A stretch of 64,000 bases of DNA, from assembly GCA_964413715.1 (NCBI GenBank), contig CAYPSN010000002.1, positions 850 to 64,849 on the forward strand, written 5' to 3'. The position numbers and the translations under genes were made by a program. The DNA comes from an uncultured Candidatus Saccharibacteria bacterium. GTDB lineage: Bacteria; Patescibacteriota; Saccharimonadia; CAILAD01; JADZBC01. The notes beneath the pieces are model-generated. The model did no database searches and was not told the origin of the DNA. It worked only from the letters and a program-made list of their open reading frames with translations. Below are positions 9,392 to 18,358 of this stretch, piece after piece. Each line of letters begins with the position of its first letter. The stretch's first letter is position 1.

Positions 9392-9440
9392 GCCCCCACC
9401 TGATTCCTGAAAGGGATGATGGTGGGGGCACTTCTATTTG
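9392..9440 (+). terminator. Long 3' hairpin with a UGAU/UGAU internal loop
   Basis: GCCCCCACC-TGAT-TCCT-GAAA-GGGA-TGAT-GGTGGGGGC followed by a T-rich tail. Confidence 0.75.
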
Positions 9441-9573
9441 TGGGTATAACCAAGTTCTAACTTCGTAAGCTCTAGGGCTTACGTTTTAGCCTTGAAAAAA
9501 CTAAAGCTTTAATGCATAATACTGCTGTTCGTATCCCGAGCAATTTGCTCCTTAACAGAAAGGTTCTCGCACC

Positions 9574-10158
9574 GTGCCAGAACCAAAAAATACAAAGCGT
9601 CGTTATAAGCGCAAAACACTCACGGTCTTCGTTATGGACGCCCCGAATGTCGATGCAAGCTTCGGCCTGCTACTAGAGAGGGCCCCGCTGCCATCCGAGC
9701 GAATGCGCATGGATGCTCTTATGCAGTGGCTAGAGGGCAAGCAGCAGGCAAACGGCAGCGAGCTGTACGCCAAGATCTTCGTAAATCGTCCTGCTGAGTC
9801 AGTTGCAAGCAACAGGCAATTCGGCTGGGTGGTTGCCATGCAGAAGCTTGGCTACCATGTGTATTCAAAGATTCGAACCACTGATGACAGCGACGTTGAC
9901 GAAGATATGGTCGCATATATCAACAAGCTCGTGAAGTGCCACGAAGTTGTAGAGATCGTGCTGGCATCCAACGACGGCCAAAGGTTTCATAACATCCTGG
10001 AGATCTTGGCCTGCAACGGAGTCAAGGTAACAATCTTGGGTTTCAACGAGTTCCCAAGCATTCTCACTAGAAACGAGCTCTTCGAATTCGTCCCGTACAG
10101 CAGCATTCCTGGCCTGATGCCAGCAACGGGTTGCCAAACGGAAAGCCAAGCAACATGA
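9574..10158 (+). CDS. NYN (LabA/DUF88, PIN-like) domain protein, actinobacterial-type
   Basis: FVMDAPNVD...DSDVDEDM...LASNDG...VTILGF; promoter TTGAAA-17-CATAAT at 9492-9520; GAAAGG SD. Confidence 0.85.
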   Translation: MPEPKNTKRRYKRKTLTVFVMDAPNVDASFGLLLERAPLPSERMRMDALMQWLEGKQQANGSELYAKIFVNRPAESVASNRQFGWVVAMQKLGYHVYSKIRTTDDSDVDEDMVAYINKLVKCHEVVEIVLASNDGQRFHNILEILACNGVKVTILGFNEFPSILTRNELFEFVPYSSIPGLMPATGCQTESQAT

Positions 10159-10466
10159 AGAAAGTACGCATCAACGAAAGCCTGCAGTCACTTCGGACGT
10201 ACGCAACGATGGTTGGCACAGATGGCCCCATCACCGCACGAGAGATCATGGATAGAACAGGTATCGCAGATGGAACCCTGTATCCAATCCTCGAGAAACG
10301 TGTGGCGGCAGGGATCATCGTTGAGGTCGAAGGTGGACACCCTGCCAGGTTCGACCTCTCACCTGATGGGTACGAGGTTGCAAAAGCAATACTGCTTTCA
10401 CTCGAGCTATCCTCATCCGCCTGGCTGCGCTGCGACCGCAGGCACAGACCCCCCCTGCTTAGCTAG
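10155..10466 (+). CDS. PadR-like winged-helix regulator
   Basis: TAREIMDRTGIADGTLYPILEK; ATGA overlap with the NYN stop. Confidence 0.75.
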   Translation: MKKVRINESLQSLRTYATMVGTDGPITAREIMDRTGIADGTLYPILEKRVAAGIIVEVEGGHPARFDLSPDGYEVAKAILLSLELSSSAWLRCDRRHRPPLLS

Positions 10467-10471
10467 TCAGT

Positions 10472-10523
10472 AGCCCTGCTGGGCTCCAACAAAGATGGAG
10501 CTTGGCGGGGCTCCTTCTTTTTT
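10472..10523 (+). terminator. 17-bp 3' hairpin with T tract
   Basis: AGCCCTGCTGGGCTCCA-ACAAAGA-TGGAGCTTGGCGGGGCT; G-U pairs consistent with + strand RNA. Confidence 0.8.
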
Positions 10524-10609
10524 GGCAGAATAATTACATATTGCCTGAGCATTCTAATCGTGTTATGATTTTCTCCTCGCTCCGAAACTACTAGAATCAG
10601 GGGAAACAA

Positions 10610-10864
10610 TTGAGCGTAGCCATGGAGTTCGCTGCCATCAGCAGGCCCACCCAGATGGGCATTGGCATCTGCGTCTTGGGGCTGGCATGGTGCATCACCA
10701 TGCAGTGGCTGTTGGGCAAGGGCCACATCCAGGTGGTCAACCAAGACGAACCGGCCGCAGAGCCTTCGCGAGAGCGGTGGTTCAACTGGGAGTGGTTGTC
10801 CGCCATCAAGGAGTTCGCCAACTCGCGCGCTCGTGCCCACGGCCAACCCCAGCCCAAGCCGTAG
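10610..10864 (+). CDS. Small GC-rich single-TM protein (islet)
   Basis: Promoter TTGCCT-17-TATGAT at 10541-10569, AGGGGA SD, hydrophobic helix, terminator 10892-10924. Confidence 0.65.
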   Translation: MSVAMEFAAISRPTQMGIGICVLGLAWCITMQWLLGKGHIQVVNQDEPAAEPSRERWFNWEWLSAIKEFANSRARAHGQPQPKP

Positions 10865-10959
10865 TTCCTGCCTCGGCAGTGGCTTCAACCTAGAACCCCC
10901 TCGGCATCGCGCCAAGGGGGTTCTTCTCATTTCACTTTCCTACTCTGGATTCGTACGAA

Positions 10960-12060
10960 CTAAGGCCTGAAGTACTCTTTAATCTTAGCTTTTGTTCGTT
11001 GTGCTTTGAGCCAAGTTTCCACGTCGGTGCCCTTTATAAGGATGTGTGAGGCCTTTACTTGGTCATCTTTCTTATCGGTCACCTTGATAATATGATAGCC
11101 GTACTGAGTCTTTACAATGCCGCTCACTGCACCTTTCTCGAGCGCAAAGGCAGCTTGTTCGAACTCTGGCACCATTTGGCCTTTGCCAAAGAAACCTAAA
11201 TCACCACCATTTGAAGCGCTGCCATCTTGAGAATACTTCTTGGCTAACTCTTCGAAGTTGCCGCCTTCACGAACTTGCTTAAGGATGTCTTCGGCTTGCT
11301 TTTCGGCGCCGCCATTGAGGTTAGGATCTGCAGCAATCTTCTCGCCCAGCTTCTTCTGAAGCAGGCTTAGGCGCACACGCTCGCGGAAATCATCTACAGT
11401 CCAGCCATATAACTTATCAAGCGTGGTTTTTACCTTATCAATGCCACCGGCATTTTTCACTAGCTCGTTGAATTCGGTGTCAACGTCCTTCTTGGTAACA
11501 ATAATTTTATACTTTTTAGCCGACTGTTCGACCAATAAATTGTCTTCTTGCTGCTTAATCAAGTCTTGCTTGAGCTGTGCTAGCTTCTTTTTGCCTTCAG
11601 CCGAGTTGAGGTCCTGACCCTGTGATTTGTAGAACTTCTCGACGCTAGCGAGCTCGAAGAGATAGTCTTTGTAGCTAGTAGTATTCCACACCACATTGCC
11701 GTTTACGCTCGACACTGGGTATGGCACGACGCTCGCAAAAATACGCACTGCACGATTGGTCTGCTTGTATTTATAAATCAATACACCGAACACTACGGTA
11801 AACAGGAGTAAAGCCCCAAGTACGCTCGCGATAACGACGCCAATGGTCTTTTTGCTTGGGCCCTTTTTCACACCAAGCTTGCTCAAGCGCTCCTGAAAAC
11901 TCTGCTGCTTAGCTTCAGTCTTCTTTTCTGCAGGCGCAGCTGGCTTAGGAGCAGCTGCTACAGCCTTAGTTACTGGCTTTTTCTTAGCAGGCTTCTTGCT
12001 CGCTGCGGTCGGCTTAGTAGCCGGTTTCTTGTTTGGTTTGATGTCTGGATCTTGTGCCAT
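10960..12060 (-). CDS. PrsA/SurA-like parvulin peptidyl-prolyl isomerase
   Basis: FEELAKKYSQDGSASNGGDLG, MVPEFEQAAF, YGYHIIKV, ASHILIK; N-terminal TM. Confidence 0.9.
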   Translation of the reverse strand: MAQDPDIKPNKKPATKPTAASKKPAKKKPVTKAVAAAPKPAAPAEKKTEAKQQSFQERLSKLGVKKGPSKKTIGVVIASVLGALLLFTVVFGVLIYKYKQTNRAVRIFASVVPYPVSSVNGNVVWNTTSYKDYLFELASVEKFYKSQGQDLNSAEGKKKLAQLKQDLIKQQEDNLLVEQSAKKYKIIVTKKDVDTEFNELVKNAGGIDKVKTTLDKLYGWTVDDFRERVRLSLLQKKLGEKIAADPNLNGGAEKQAEDILKQVREGGNFEELAKKYSQDGSASNGGDLGFFGKGQMVPEFEQAAFALEKGAVSGIVKTQYGYHIIKVTDKKDDQVKASHILIKGTDVETWLKAQRTKAKIKEYFRP

Positions 12061-12111
12061 AAAACGTGTATTCACCCTCAATAAATTACTTAATACTTAG
12101 CACTAATAGTA

Positions 12112-12687
12112 TCACGAAGCGGCAGGTGGTGTCGAACTGTTGGAGGTGTACTTATGAACCGCATCGATAATCTGCTTGGCAAGGACTGCTGGCTTATGAA
12201 CGAACTTCAGCTCCATGTCGCCAGAACCAGATAGCGTCTGAACGAGCACGTTGCCGTAGCCAAACAGCGAGGCATTAAAGCCGTCGACGTGATAGTTAAC
12301 GCTCTGGATGTTGTGAAGCTCCATGTCGGACACTTTGCGGTTAAAAAAGCCTTTTTGGGTAATGATTTTTAAGCTCTTATTGGTTAATACATACACACTA
12401 TAGTACCAGCTCACCCAGTGCCAAAAGCCATAACAAAAAGCCAGGCCAAAGCCGAGCCACATCATCCCGGCGGTCTCCTCTACTAAATTCGTGGCGTAAT
12501 TGCTCGCCAAAGCCCATGGTAGCATTACAAGCACCAGCATCGTGCCGCCGAACAAAATTGGTCGCCGCAGGGCAATAATAAACTGGCGCACTACTACAAT
12601 AACTTCTTCGTCTTTTTCCCGACCCACTGCGGCGGCGCCACGTTTGTGGGCAAGTTCGCGCTTATTTGGATTCGCTCTTTCGCTCAT
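12112..12687 (-). CDS. Bacterial PH-domain (bPH_2) membrane protein
   Basis: YVLTNKSL...KGFFNRKV...NIQSV...LFGYGNVLVQT; true start probably 12687, just after a TACAAT -10. Confidence 0.8.
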   Translation of the reverse strand: MSERANPNKRELAHKRGAAAVGREKDEEVIVVVRQFIIALRRPILFGGTMLVLVMLPWALASNYATNLVEETAGMMWLGFGLAFCYGFWHWVSWYYSVYVLTNKSLKIITQKGFFNRKVSDMELHNIQSVNYHVDGFNASLFGYGNVLVQTLSGSGDMELKFVHKPAVLAKQIIDAVHKYTSNSSTPPAAS

Positions 12688-12772
12688 GGCCATATTGTAA
12701 CAGCTTATGATTATTCGACCAAAATCAAACCAAAAGGAAAACCCGGTCTTCTCGTCTTTGAGAAAACCGGGT

Positions 12773-13381
12773 TTAGTCGCGGAGCTTGATGTGTACTGGC
12801 CGATCGCGGTAGTACGCGTCGATGTACCCCACAATGCCATCTGGCAACTGCGTGGACTCGTTCTCAAGCGGCATCTCTGCCTTGTACCTGATAGCGAGGT
12901 CCTTGCCAGACAGCCCCCACGGGAACTCCTCGCCCGAGCTATCGCAGGGCCGCCAGCCATGTGAGCGAATCCAGGCCAACAGGTTCTCCCTGGCGGGAGT
13001 CTTGGCAGTTGACCGAACCCACAGATGATGGTTCTTGCCCTTCAGGGTGACCCGAAAGAGGAAAAACTTCACTGGCTTGAGCTTGCGCTGTGCACTGCGA
13101 CTGGGGTGGTGAACAGGCGCTTCGGTCGCGTAAGGCGGCTCGAATTCCTCGGCGGCGAGGAGCTCCTCGGCCTCGGTAGCTCGATGGATTATGTGGTCGT
13201 CGGTTTCGTTCGCGGCGGCATTTGCCCTGCGCTCGTCGAACATGATGATCTTGCCATCGTGGCCGTCGAGAACCACAGGATCACCACGCGTGAAGTCAGG
13301 TTCGGCGATGTGCGCACCGCAACTTGGACAGGTACTCGCCTCGATCTCATCGATCGAGGCTTCACAGATTGGACACTGCAT
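12773..13381 (-). CDS. GC-rich hypothetical protein with N-terminal zinc ribbon (islet)
   Basis: MQCPIC...CPSCG; promoter TTGACA-17-TATTTT at 13447-13419; GAAAGGA/GAGGA SD; 3' hairpin 12739-12774. Confidence 0.75.
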   Translation of the reverse strand: MQCPICEASIDEIEASTCPSCGAHIAEPDFTRGDPVVLDGHDGKIIMFDERRANAAANETDDHIIHRATEAEELLAAEEFEPPYATEAPVHHPSRSAQRKLKPVKFFLFRVTLKGKNHHLWVRSTAKTPARENLLAWIRSHGWRPCDSSGEEFPWGLSGKDLAIRYKAEMPLENESTQLPDGIVGYIDAYYRDRPVHIKLRD

Positions 13382-13495
13382 ATCCTCGATCCTTTCAATC
13401 GATTGTGCGGACGCCCTAAAAATACAACACTTATGGTTTTTTGTCAATCCCTGGTAACAACTTTTAGTGTATAATTATGGACGCGTGCGAATTAC

Positions 13496-13571
13496 GCCCT
13501 GGTAGCTCAGTGGATAGAGCGTCTCCGTCCTAAGGAGAGCGTCGGGGGTTCGATTCCCTCCCAGGGTACCA
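13496..13571 (+). tRNA. tRNA-Arg(CCT)
   Basis: Anticodon arm TCTCC-GTCCTAA-GGAGA, CCA. Confidence 0.93.
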
Positions 13572-13672
13572 TTCTATTGACTTTTTTAATTACTTATGCT
13601 ATTATAGGCAAGTTCTAACGTTCAGGTACCAGTCACACAAAGCTGGTACCGCTCCTACCCAAAGGAGGCGCC

Positions 13673-14002
13673 GTGAGGCGTATCTTGATTGCAATGCTGA
13701 TCGTACTCTTCGGAGTCTGCATCAGCTCGGTCGCCCCTGCGGCTACCCAGGGCGGCACGCCACCAACGACGGTACCGCCCATCACGCCCACGACAGCGTG
13801 GCAGACAGTTCCGCCGACTGTGGATCCGCCCACCATCACCCCGTCGACTGTTCGGCCGTCAGCCAGCAACAGACCATCAACGGTCGAGGTCAAAGGGTTG
13901 CACGAAGTAATCGTGCTGATGCGATGGGTGGTGGTGGCCGCCTTTCTCGCATGTGCGATCCTCATATGGATCCTCATGCGGTTGTACCGGCCAAGCCGGT
14001 GA
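13673..14002 (+). CDS. Signal peptide, Pro/Thr-rich linker and C-terminal TM protein (islet)
   Basis: MRRILIAMLIVLFG...PPTTVPP...VVVAAFLACAILIWIL; promoter TTGACT-17-TATTAT at 13577-13605; AAGGAGG SD. Confidence 0.78.
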   Translation: MRRILIAMLIVLFGVCISSVAPAATQGGTPPTTVPPITPTTAWQTVPPTVDPPTITPSTVRPSASNRPSTVEVKGLHEVIVLMRWVVVAAFLACAILIWILMRLYRPSR

Positions 14003-14007
14003 TATTC

Positions 14008-14056
14008 CGCCTGGCGGGGACGACAAGATCGTCCTTAGCCGGGCGATCTTTCGTTT
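14008..14056 (+). repeat. 3'-hairpin family B, copy 1
   Basis: 45/49 identical to 14491-14539. Confidence 0.9.
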
Positions 14057-14145
14057 AGGAGAAATAATCAATGACGGCAAGTGGTATAATTGTATTCTCC
14101 CGCACAGTCCAAACCACTCCGCTTCGCAGATCAAAGTGAGGAATA

Positions 14146-14463
14146 ATGAAGAGACCACCCCGCCCCAGAAGCTTGGATGATGTTAACCAGCTCGTAGCGG
14201 AGCTACTTGAAACTGGTAGGCCAAAGGTAGCGAATCTCCCTATCCTCAACCGAGATGACGCAATCTTAAGAATGCTGGCGCTCATTGGGATTTGCTGGGG
14301 ACGAGACGAAGCCATGCTCGAATCGATCCTGGGTGAAGATGTCAAATTGGTTGATCCAGCAGAGAACGTAAAGTTTGCAGTTCGACAGCAAGACGGCTCT
14401 TACGTATTTGTAGACAAGTTTGACCAACTCAAGTCAACCGTCTACTACATGCTGAGCTCCTAG
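14146..14463 (+). CDS. Hypothetical protein, possibly ribbon-helix-helix-related (islet)
   Basis: Extended -10 TGGTATAAT and GAGGA SD; NRDDAILRMLAL...RQQDG resembles 62320-62571. Confidence 0.65.
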   Translation: MKRPPRPRSLDDVNQLVAELLETGRPKVANLPILNRDDAILRMLALIGICWGRDEAMLESILGEDVKLVDPAENVKFAVRQQDGSYVFVDKFDQLKSTVYYMLSS

Positions 14464-14490
14464 ATGAACTGCACAAAGCAGAGAGTTAAT

Positions 14491-14539
14491 CGCCCGACGG
14501 GGACGACAAGATCTTCCTTAGCCGGGCGGTCTTTCGTTT
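14491..14539 (+). repeat. 3'-hairpin family B, copy 2
   Basis: CGCCCGACGGGGACGACAAGATCTTCCTTAGCCGGGCGGTCTTTCGTTT. Confidence 0.9.
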
Positions 14540-14643
14540 TTACACATAGAACTGCTTGCGCTTGAAATAACGAACAATTTGTTTAATAATCTGCTCCATG
14601 CATCGTGCAACAAGCGTACGAGCAAGAACCCCTAGGGGGAACA

Positions 14644-14871
14644 TTGAAAGTAATCGGAACAGCAGTCTCGCTCGGCCTCACGGCCGCAGTGGGTGCAGTC
14701 AGCCTGGCACTCGCCAGCGAACGCAAGCACGCCGACCAAGCTCGGCCGAAGGAGCTCCAATACCAGGGAGGGCCTCACTTCCTCGACCAGCTGGTCGGAG
14801 CCATGTACATCTTGGCGCCCATCGCCCTGGTGTGGCGTGCCACGCGCAAGCTGCGCGGAGGTGGCTGGTGA
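14644..14871 (+). CDS. Small membrane protein, mini-operon gene 1
   Basis: GGGGGA SD then TTG; MKVIGTAVSLGLTAAVG...; two hydrophobic segments. Confidence 0.65.
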   Translation: MKVIGTAVSLGLTAAVGAVSLALASERKHADQARPKELQYQGGPHFLDQLVGAMYILAPIALVWRATRKLRGGGW

Positions 14872-15017
14872 TCAAGCGATTCGTCGGCAAGACCCTGCTC
14901 TACACTGCAACGATCGGTGCTGGTGCTGCTATCGGCATCGGCTCGGTCAGGGTTGGTGAATGGGCGCTCCTCCACGGTTGGGATCGGCTGATGAACCCAA
15001 GTGCGAGGCGCCCATGA
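14868..15017 (+). CDS. Small hydrophobic protein, mini-operon gene 2
   Basis: GTGA overlap, GGAGG SD; MIKRFVGKTLLYTATIGAGAAIGIG... Confidence 0.6.
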   Translation: MIKRFVGKTLLYTATIGAGAAIGIGSVRVGEWALLHGWDRLMNPSARRP

Positions 15018-15277
15018 GCCAGCCCTACAGAGGCAAAGACCCGAACTTCACCCAAGAGTGGTGGGATCTGGTTTGCTCGGCCCCTGAAAAGATCGAGCAT
15101 GCTCGCGCTAAGACCAAGGCAATTCGTGAAGGCAGAGCTCCAGTCGTACACTACGACTACGGCGATGTATTAACCAAGGCTGGCCTTGATGCTGCTGCCG
15201 AAGTCTTAGCTAGGGACAAGAAAACGCGTGTCAGTCAAGCTGACCGACTCCTGCCAGCGAGTCTCCGCGATGAATAA
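15014..15277 (+). CDS. Small hypothetical protein, mini-operon gene 3
   Basis: ATGA overlap, GAGG SD; MSQPYRGKDPNFTQEWW... Confidence 0.65.
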   Translation: MSQPYRGKDPNFTQEWWDLVCSAPEKIEHARAKTKAIREGRAPVVHYDYGDVLTKAGLDAAAEVLARDKKTRVSQADRLLPASLRDE

Positions 15278-15362
15278 GCCAACCAGGACCCAGCGGCTGG
15301 CCTACCGAATAGGTCGATTCTTCGGCCTGGTCATCGGCGCGTTCCTGCGCGTCTTCGACTAA
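15270..15362 (+). CDS. 30-aa cationic/hydrophobic peptide, mini-operon gene 4
   Basis: MNKPTRTQRLAYRIGRFFGLVIGAFLRVFD; overlaps the previous stop; GC3-rich. Confidence 0.5.
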   Translation: MNKPTRTQRLAYRIGRFFGLVIGAFLRVFD

Positions 15363-15418
15363 AATAGCGCGGGGTAAGCGGCGATTGCAGCCGGCCCCGC
15401 AGACTATGCCCATAACCA

Positions 15419-15444
15419 AAAGCCCCGAGATATCTCGGGGCTTT
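15419..15444. terminator. Bidirectional terminator
   Basis: AAAGCCCCGAGA-TA-TCTCGGGGCTTT between convergent genes. Confidence 0.75.
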
Positions 15445-15461
15445 CATCGTATTGATTGCTA

Positions 15462-15884
15462 TTACTTCAGCCAATCCCTGTATTGCTCTAACTGAAATCG
15501 TGTCATTGGTGTCAAATCTTCCTGGGCTAATGCATCTTCGAGAGGATGCCATTTGAACTCTAACACCCTGTCATACTCTGTTCTGTGAGGCTCTCCACTC
15601 TTCCAGTCACACTGAAACGTTATTCCCACCCAGTGCTCTTTGCCATCTGGACTTTGGCGCACGTTGCTACCAATAATTTTGCCAGGGCTAACTTCGAGGC
15701 CAGCTTCTTCGCGCACTTCCCGCTTCACTGCCTCTTCCAAGCTCTCGCCAAACTCTACGAGGCCACCTAGTAGCTCCCACTTGTAATGTTGGTCTCGCGC
15801 CTTGGGCCCACGTAAGCCGAGTAGAATGTTACCGTCCTTGATAATAAGAGCGCCAACGCCGACTCGAAACTTCTGTTCTTCCAT
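15462..15884 (-). CDS. NUDIX hydrolase
   Basis: Nudix box GGLVEFGESLEEAVKREVREEAGL. Confidence 0.92.
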   Translation of the reverse strand: MEEQKFRVGVGALIIKDGNILLGLRGPKARDQHYKWELLGGLVEFGESLEEAVKREVREEAGLEVSPGKIIGSNVRQSPDGKEHWVGITFQCDWKSGEPHRTEYDRVLEFKWHPLEDALAQEDLTPMTRFQLEQYRDWLK

Positions 15885-15887
15885 AAC

Positions 15888-16379
15888 CTAGTGTCCAAAG
15901 GTATGAATCTGGTGCACGGTCTTATAGTCCTGCACATCTTCGTCGGCAAACCATAGCTTAATTTCCGCTTCGGCCTCTTCTGCATTACCCGAAGCATGCA
16001 CTAAGTTGCGTAGTGACTTGTTGTTACTATCGCCCCAGCTGTAGTTCTCATGAGCAAAGTCGCCACGAATGGTGCCTGGTGCAGCCCCAAGAGGTTCGGT
16101 CGTTCCAACCATCTTGCGCACAGCAGCAATCACCCCAACGCCTTCTAGTACGAATGCAAGCACAGGGCCTTCCGACAAGTAGGCAGTTGCCTGGTCAAAA
16201 ACCTTCTGGCTAACACGCTCGGCCAAGCCGTCGTAATGAGCATCGGCGTGCTCCTTGCTTACGTTCATAAGCTTCATGCCTACAACTTTCATACCTGCGT
16301 CTTCAAAGCGTTGAATAATCCGACCCATCAGCCCTCGTGCAACTCCATCGGGCTTAATTATTACGAGTGTTCTTTCCAT
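15888..16379 (-). CDS. ndk: Nucleoside diphosphate kinase
   Basis: ERTLVIIKPDGV, PGTIRGDF, NLVHAS. Confidence 0.96.
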   Translation of the reverse strand: MERTLVIIKPDGVARGLMGRIIQRFEDAGMKVVGMKLMNVSKEHADAHYDGLAERVSQKVFDQATAYLSEGPVLAFVLEGVGVIAAVRKMVGTTEPLGAAPGTIRGDFAHENYSWGDSNNKSLRNLVHASGNAEEAEAEIKLWFADEDVQDYKTVHQIHTFGH

Positions 16380-16394
16380 AATTGTCTCCTAGTT

Positions 16395-18281
16395 TCAGTT
16401 AGTTATTGTAGCAGCTTTGCGCCCAGCCTGGCCACGATGCCGATGGGCATGCAATGCAATCATGAGGATGCTCATGTCAGCTGGTGTTATGCCCTGCACC
16501 TTACCAGCTTGAGCTAAGGTAGTTGGTTGCATTTCTTCGAGTCTCTTGCGGGCTTCGTTGCGCAACCCCCTTACCTGTTCATAATCAAAATCACCTGGAA
16601 TCGGCTGACCAGCCTTTTCATGCAACTTGGCTGCCTCGCGTTGCTGACGCTCAAAGTAGCCGTGGTATTTTGCCTCCAGCTCCACAGCTTCCATATATTC
16701 ATCCTGAATTTCGATTCCATGCTCCCCCGCCACATCCTTAAGCCGTAATTCGGGGCGAGCTAGTAGTTCGTAGAGAGATACCTTGCCATGAGCTTGCGCT
16801 ACGCGAACACCCTTAAGCTGCTCTAGAGCTGACTGCACGCCAGCCTGCTTAGCCACTACTCTGTCGTAGGACTCTTTGCTAGCGAGCCCCAGCTCATGCC
16901 CCAGCTTCGTTAGGCGCATGTCGGCGTTATCGTTGCGCAAAAGCAGCCGATATTCGGCACGACTAGTGAACATTCTATATGGCTCCACGTGCGTTTTAGT
17001 CGTTAAATCCTCAATCAAAACTCCAATGTAAGCCTGCGTTCTATCCAGCGTAAATTCTGGCTTGCCAAGGGCCTTGCGCGCCGCATTCACTCCTGATATC
17101 AGCCCCTGAGCGGCGGCTTCTTCGTAGCCTGTGGTGCCGTTCATTTGACCAGCAAAATACAAACCTTGAACAATTTTTGTTTCCAATGTGAGCTTAAGTT
17201 GGTGGGGCAAAAAATAATCGTATACAACCGCATAGCCATGGGCTAAAAACTGTGCACGTTCCAAGCCCGGCACGCTGTGGATAATTTGCTCTTGGACCTC
17301 TTCGGGGAATGCCAGCGATCCACCTTGAATATACATACGCTGGCCGTCAGGGCCGTCTGGTCGACCCTCTGGCTCTATAAACAATGGGTGTCGGTCCTTA
17401 TCTGGAAAGTTTGCTACCTTCAGGTCAAGCGATGGGCAGCTCCTGGGTGCTCGCTCATTGATCATGCCCGAGAACACTGGAGATTTCTTGAGGTTATCCA
17501 TGATGATCTGGTGTGTTTCAGGCGTTGTATAGGTTAAGTAGCACGGTTCTTGTTGGCCTAAAGGAAGGATTTCCCTATCTGGATAACTAAAGCTCACTGG
17601 GCCCGCCGAACCTGGAGCCAACTCCATTTTGGCGTAATCAATGCTGTCGCGCGCAATTCTAGGTGGCGTGCCAGTCTTAAGCCGACCGTGCTTGAGCCCC
17701 AGCTTTACCAGCGACTCCGTGAGCCCACCAACTGAATCTTCGTCGATCCGACCACCTTTGCGCACCACTCTGTCCCCCACTACGATTTCGCCATTAAGAA
17801 ACGTACCAGCACAGATAATGACTGATTTAGTAGCAATTACTCCCCTATGAGTAGTCTCCACGCCTGTTATGCTTCCATCCTCAGCCTGCACGCCATGCAC
17901 TTCGTCTTCGAGCAGGTCTAGGCCCTCTGTGGCTCGTAAAACCGCCAGCATGTTGTCATTGTAGCCTGGCTTATCGATTTGCGCTCTGTAGGCGCGTACG
18001 GCTGGGCCTTTGGACGTATTAAGCTCCTTTAACTGAATAGCGCTTTTGTCCACTACGTCGGCCATAATGCCACCCAGGGCGCCGATTTCACGCACCAAGT
18101 GACCTTTGCCCGGCCCGCCAACCGACGGATTGCAGGGCAAAGTCGCCACCTTAGCAAGCGTGGTGGTAATGAGTGCAGTCTTGGCGCCTAGTTTAGCTGC
18201 TGCCACAGCAGCTTCACAGCCAGCATGACCAGCACCTACGACCACAACGTCGTATTGTTGTTTTTGGATTGCTTTAGCCAT
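16395..18281 (-). CDS. mnmG: tRNA uridine-5-carboxymethylaminomethyl modification enzyme MnmG/GidA
   Basis: [53 protein letters not shown]. Confidence 0.96.
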   Translation of the reverse strand: MAKAIQKQQYDVVVVGAGHAGCEAAVAAAKLGAKTALITTTLAKVATLPCNPSVGGPGKGHLVREIGALGGIMADVVDKSAIQLKELNTSKGPAVRAYRAQIDKPGYNDNMLAVLRATEGLDLLEDEVHGVQAEDGSITGVETTHRGVIATKSVIICAGTFLNGEIVVGDRVVRKGGRIDEDSVGGLTESLVKLGLKHGRLKTGTPPRIARDSIDYAKMELAPGSAGPVSFSYPDREILPLGQQEPCYLTYTTPETHQIIMDNLKKSPVFSGMINERAPRSCPSLDLKVANFPDKDRHPLFIEPEGRPDGPDGQRMYIQGGSLAFPEEVQEQIIHSVPGLERAQFLAHGYAVVYDYFLPHQLKLTLETKIVQGLYFAGQMNGTTGYEEAAAQGLISGVNAARKALGKPEFTLDRTQAYIGVLIEDLTTKTHVEPYRMFTSRAEYRLLLRNDNADMRLTKLGHELGLASKESYDRVVAKQAGVQSALEQLKGVRVAQAHGKVSLYELLARPELRLKDVAGEHGIEIQDEYMEAVELEAKYHGYFERQQREAAKLHEKAGQPIPGDFDYEQVRGLRNEARKRLEEMQPTTLAQAGKVQGITPADMSILMIALHAHRHRGQAGRKAATITN

Positions 18282-18358
18282 AAATCGAGGCTAATTATAG
18301 CTTAAAAAGGCCATTATGTCACCTTGCAGGTTGCCCCAAAACAGCTTAAGCTAAAGGT

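Noticed and set aside
12688-12960. Long N-terminal extension of the PH-domain ORF
   Set aside because: Crosses a terminator hairpin and another gene; a -10 box sits just upstream of ATG 12687
8156-15450. tRNA-anchored prophage or genomic island
   Set aside because: No duplicated tRNA 3' end and no phage structural genes; core-type genes (PPIase, PH protein) lie between the islets
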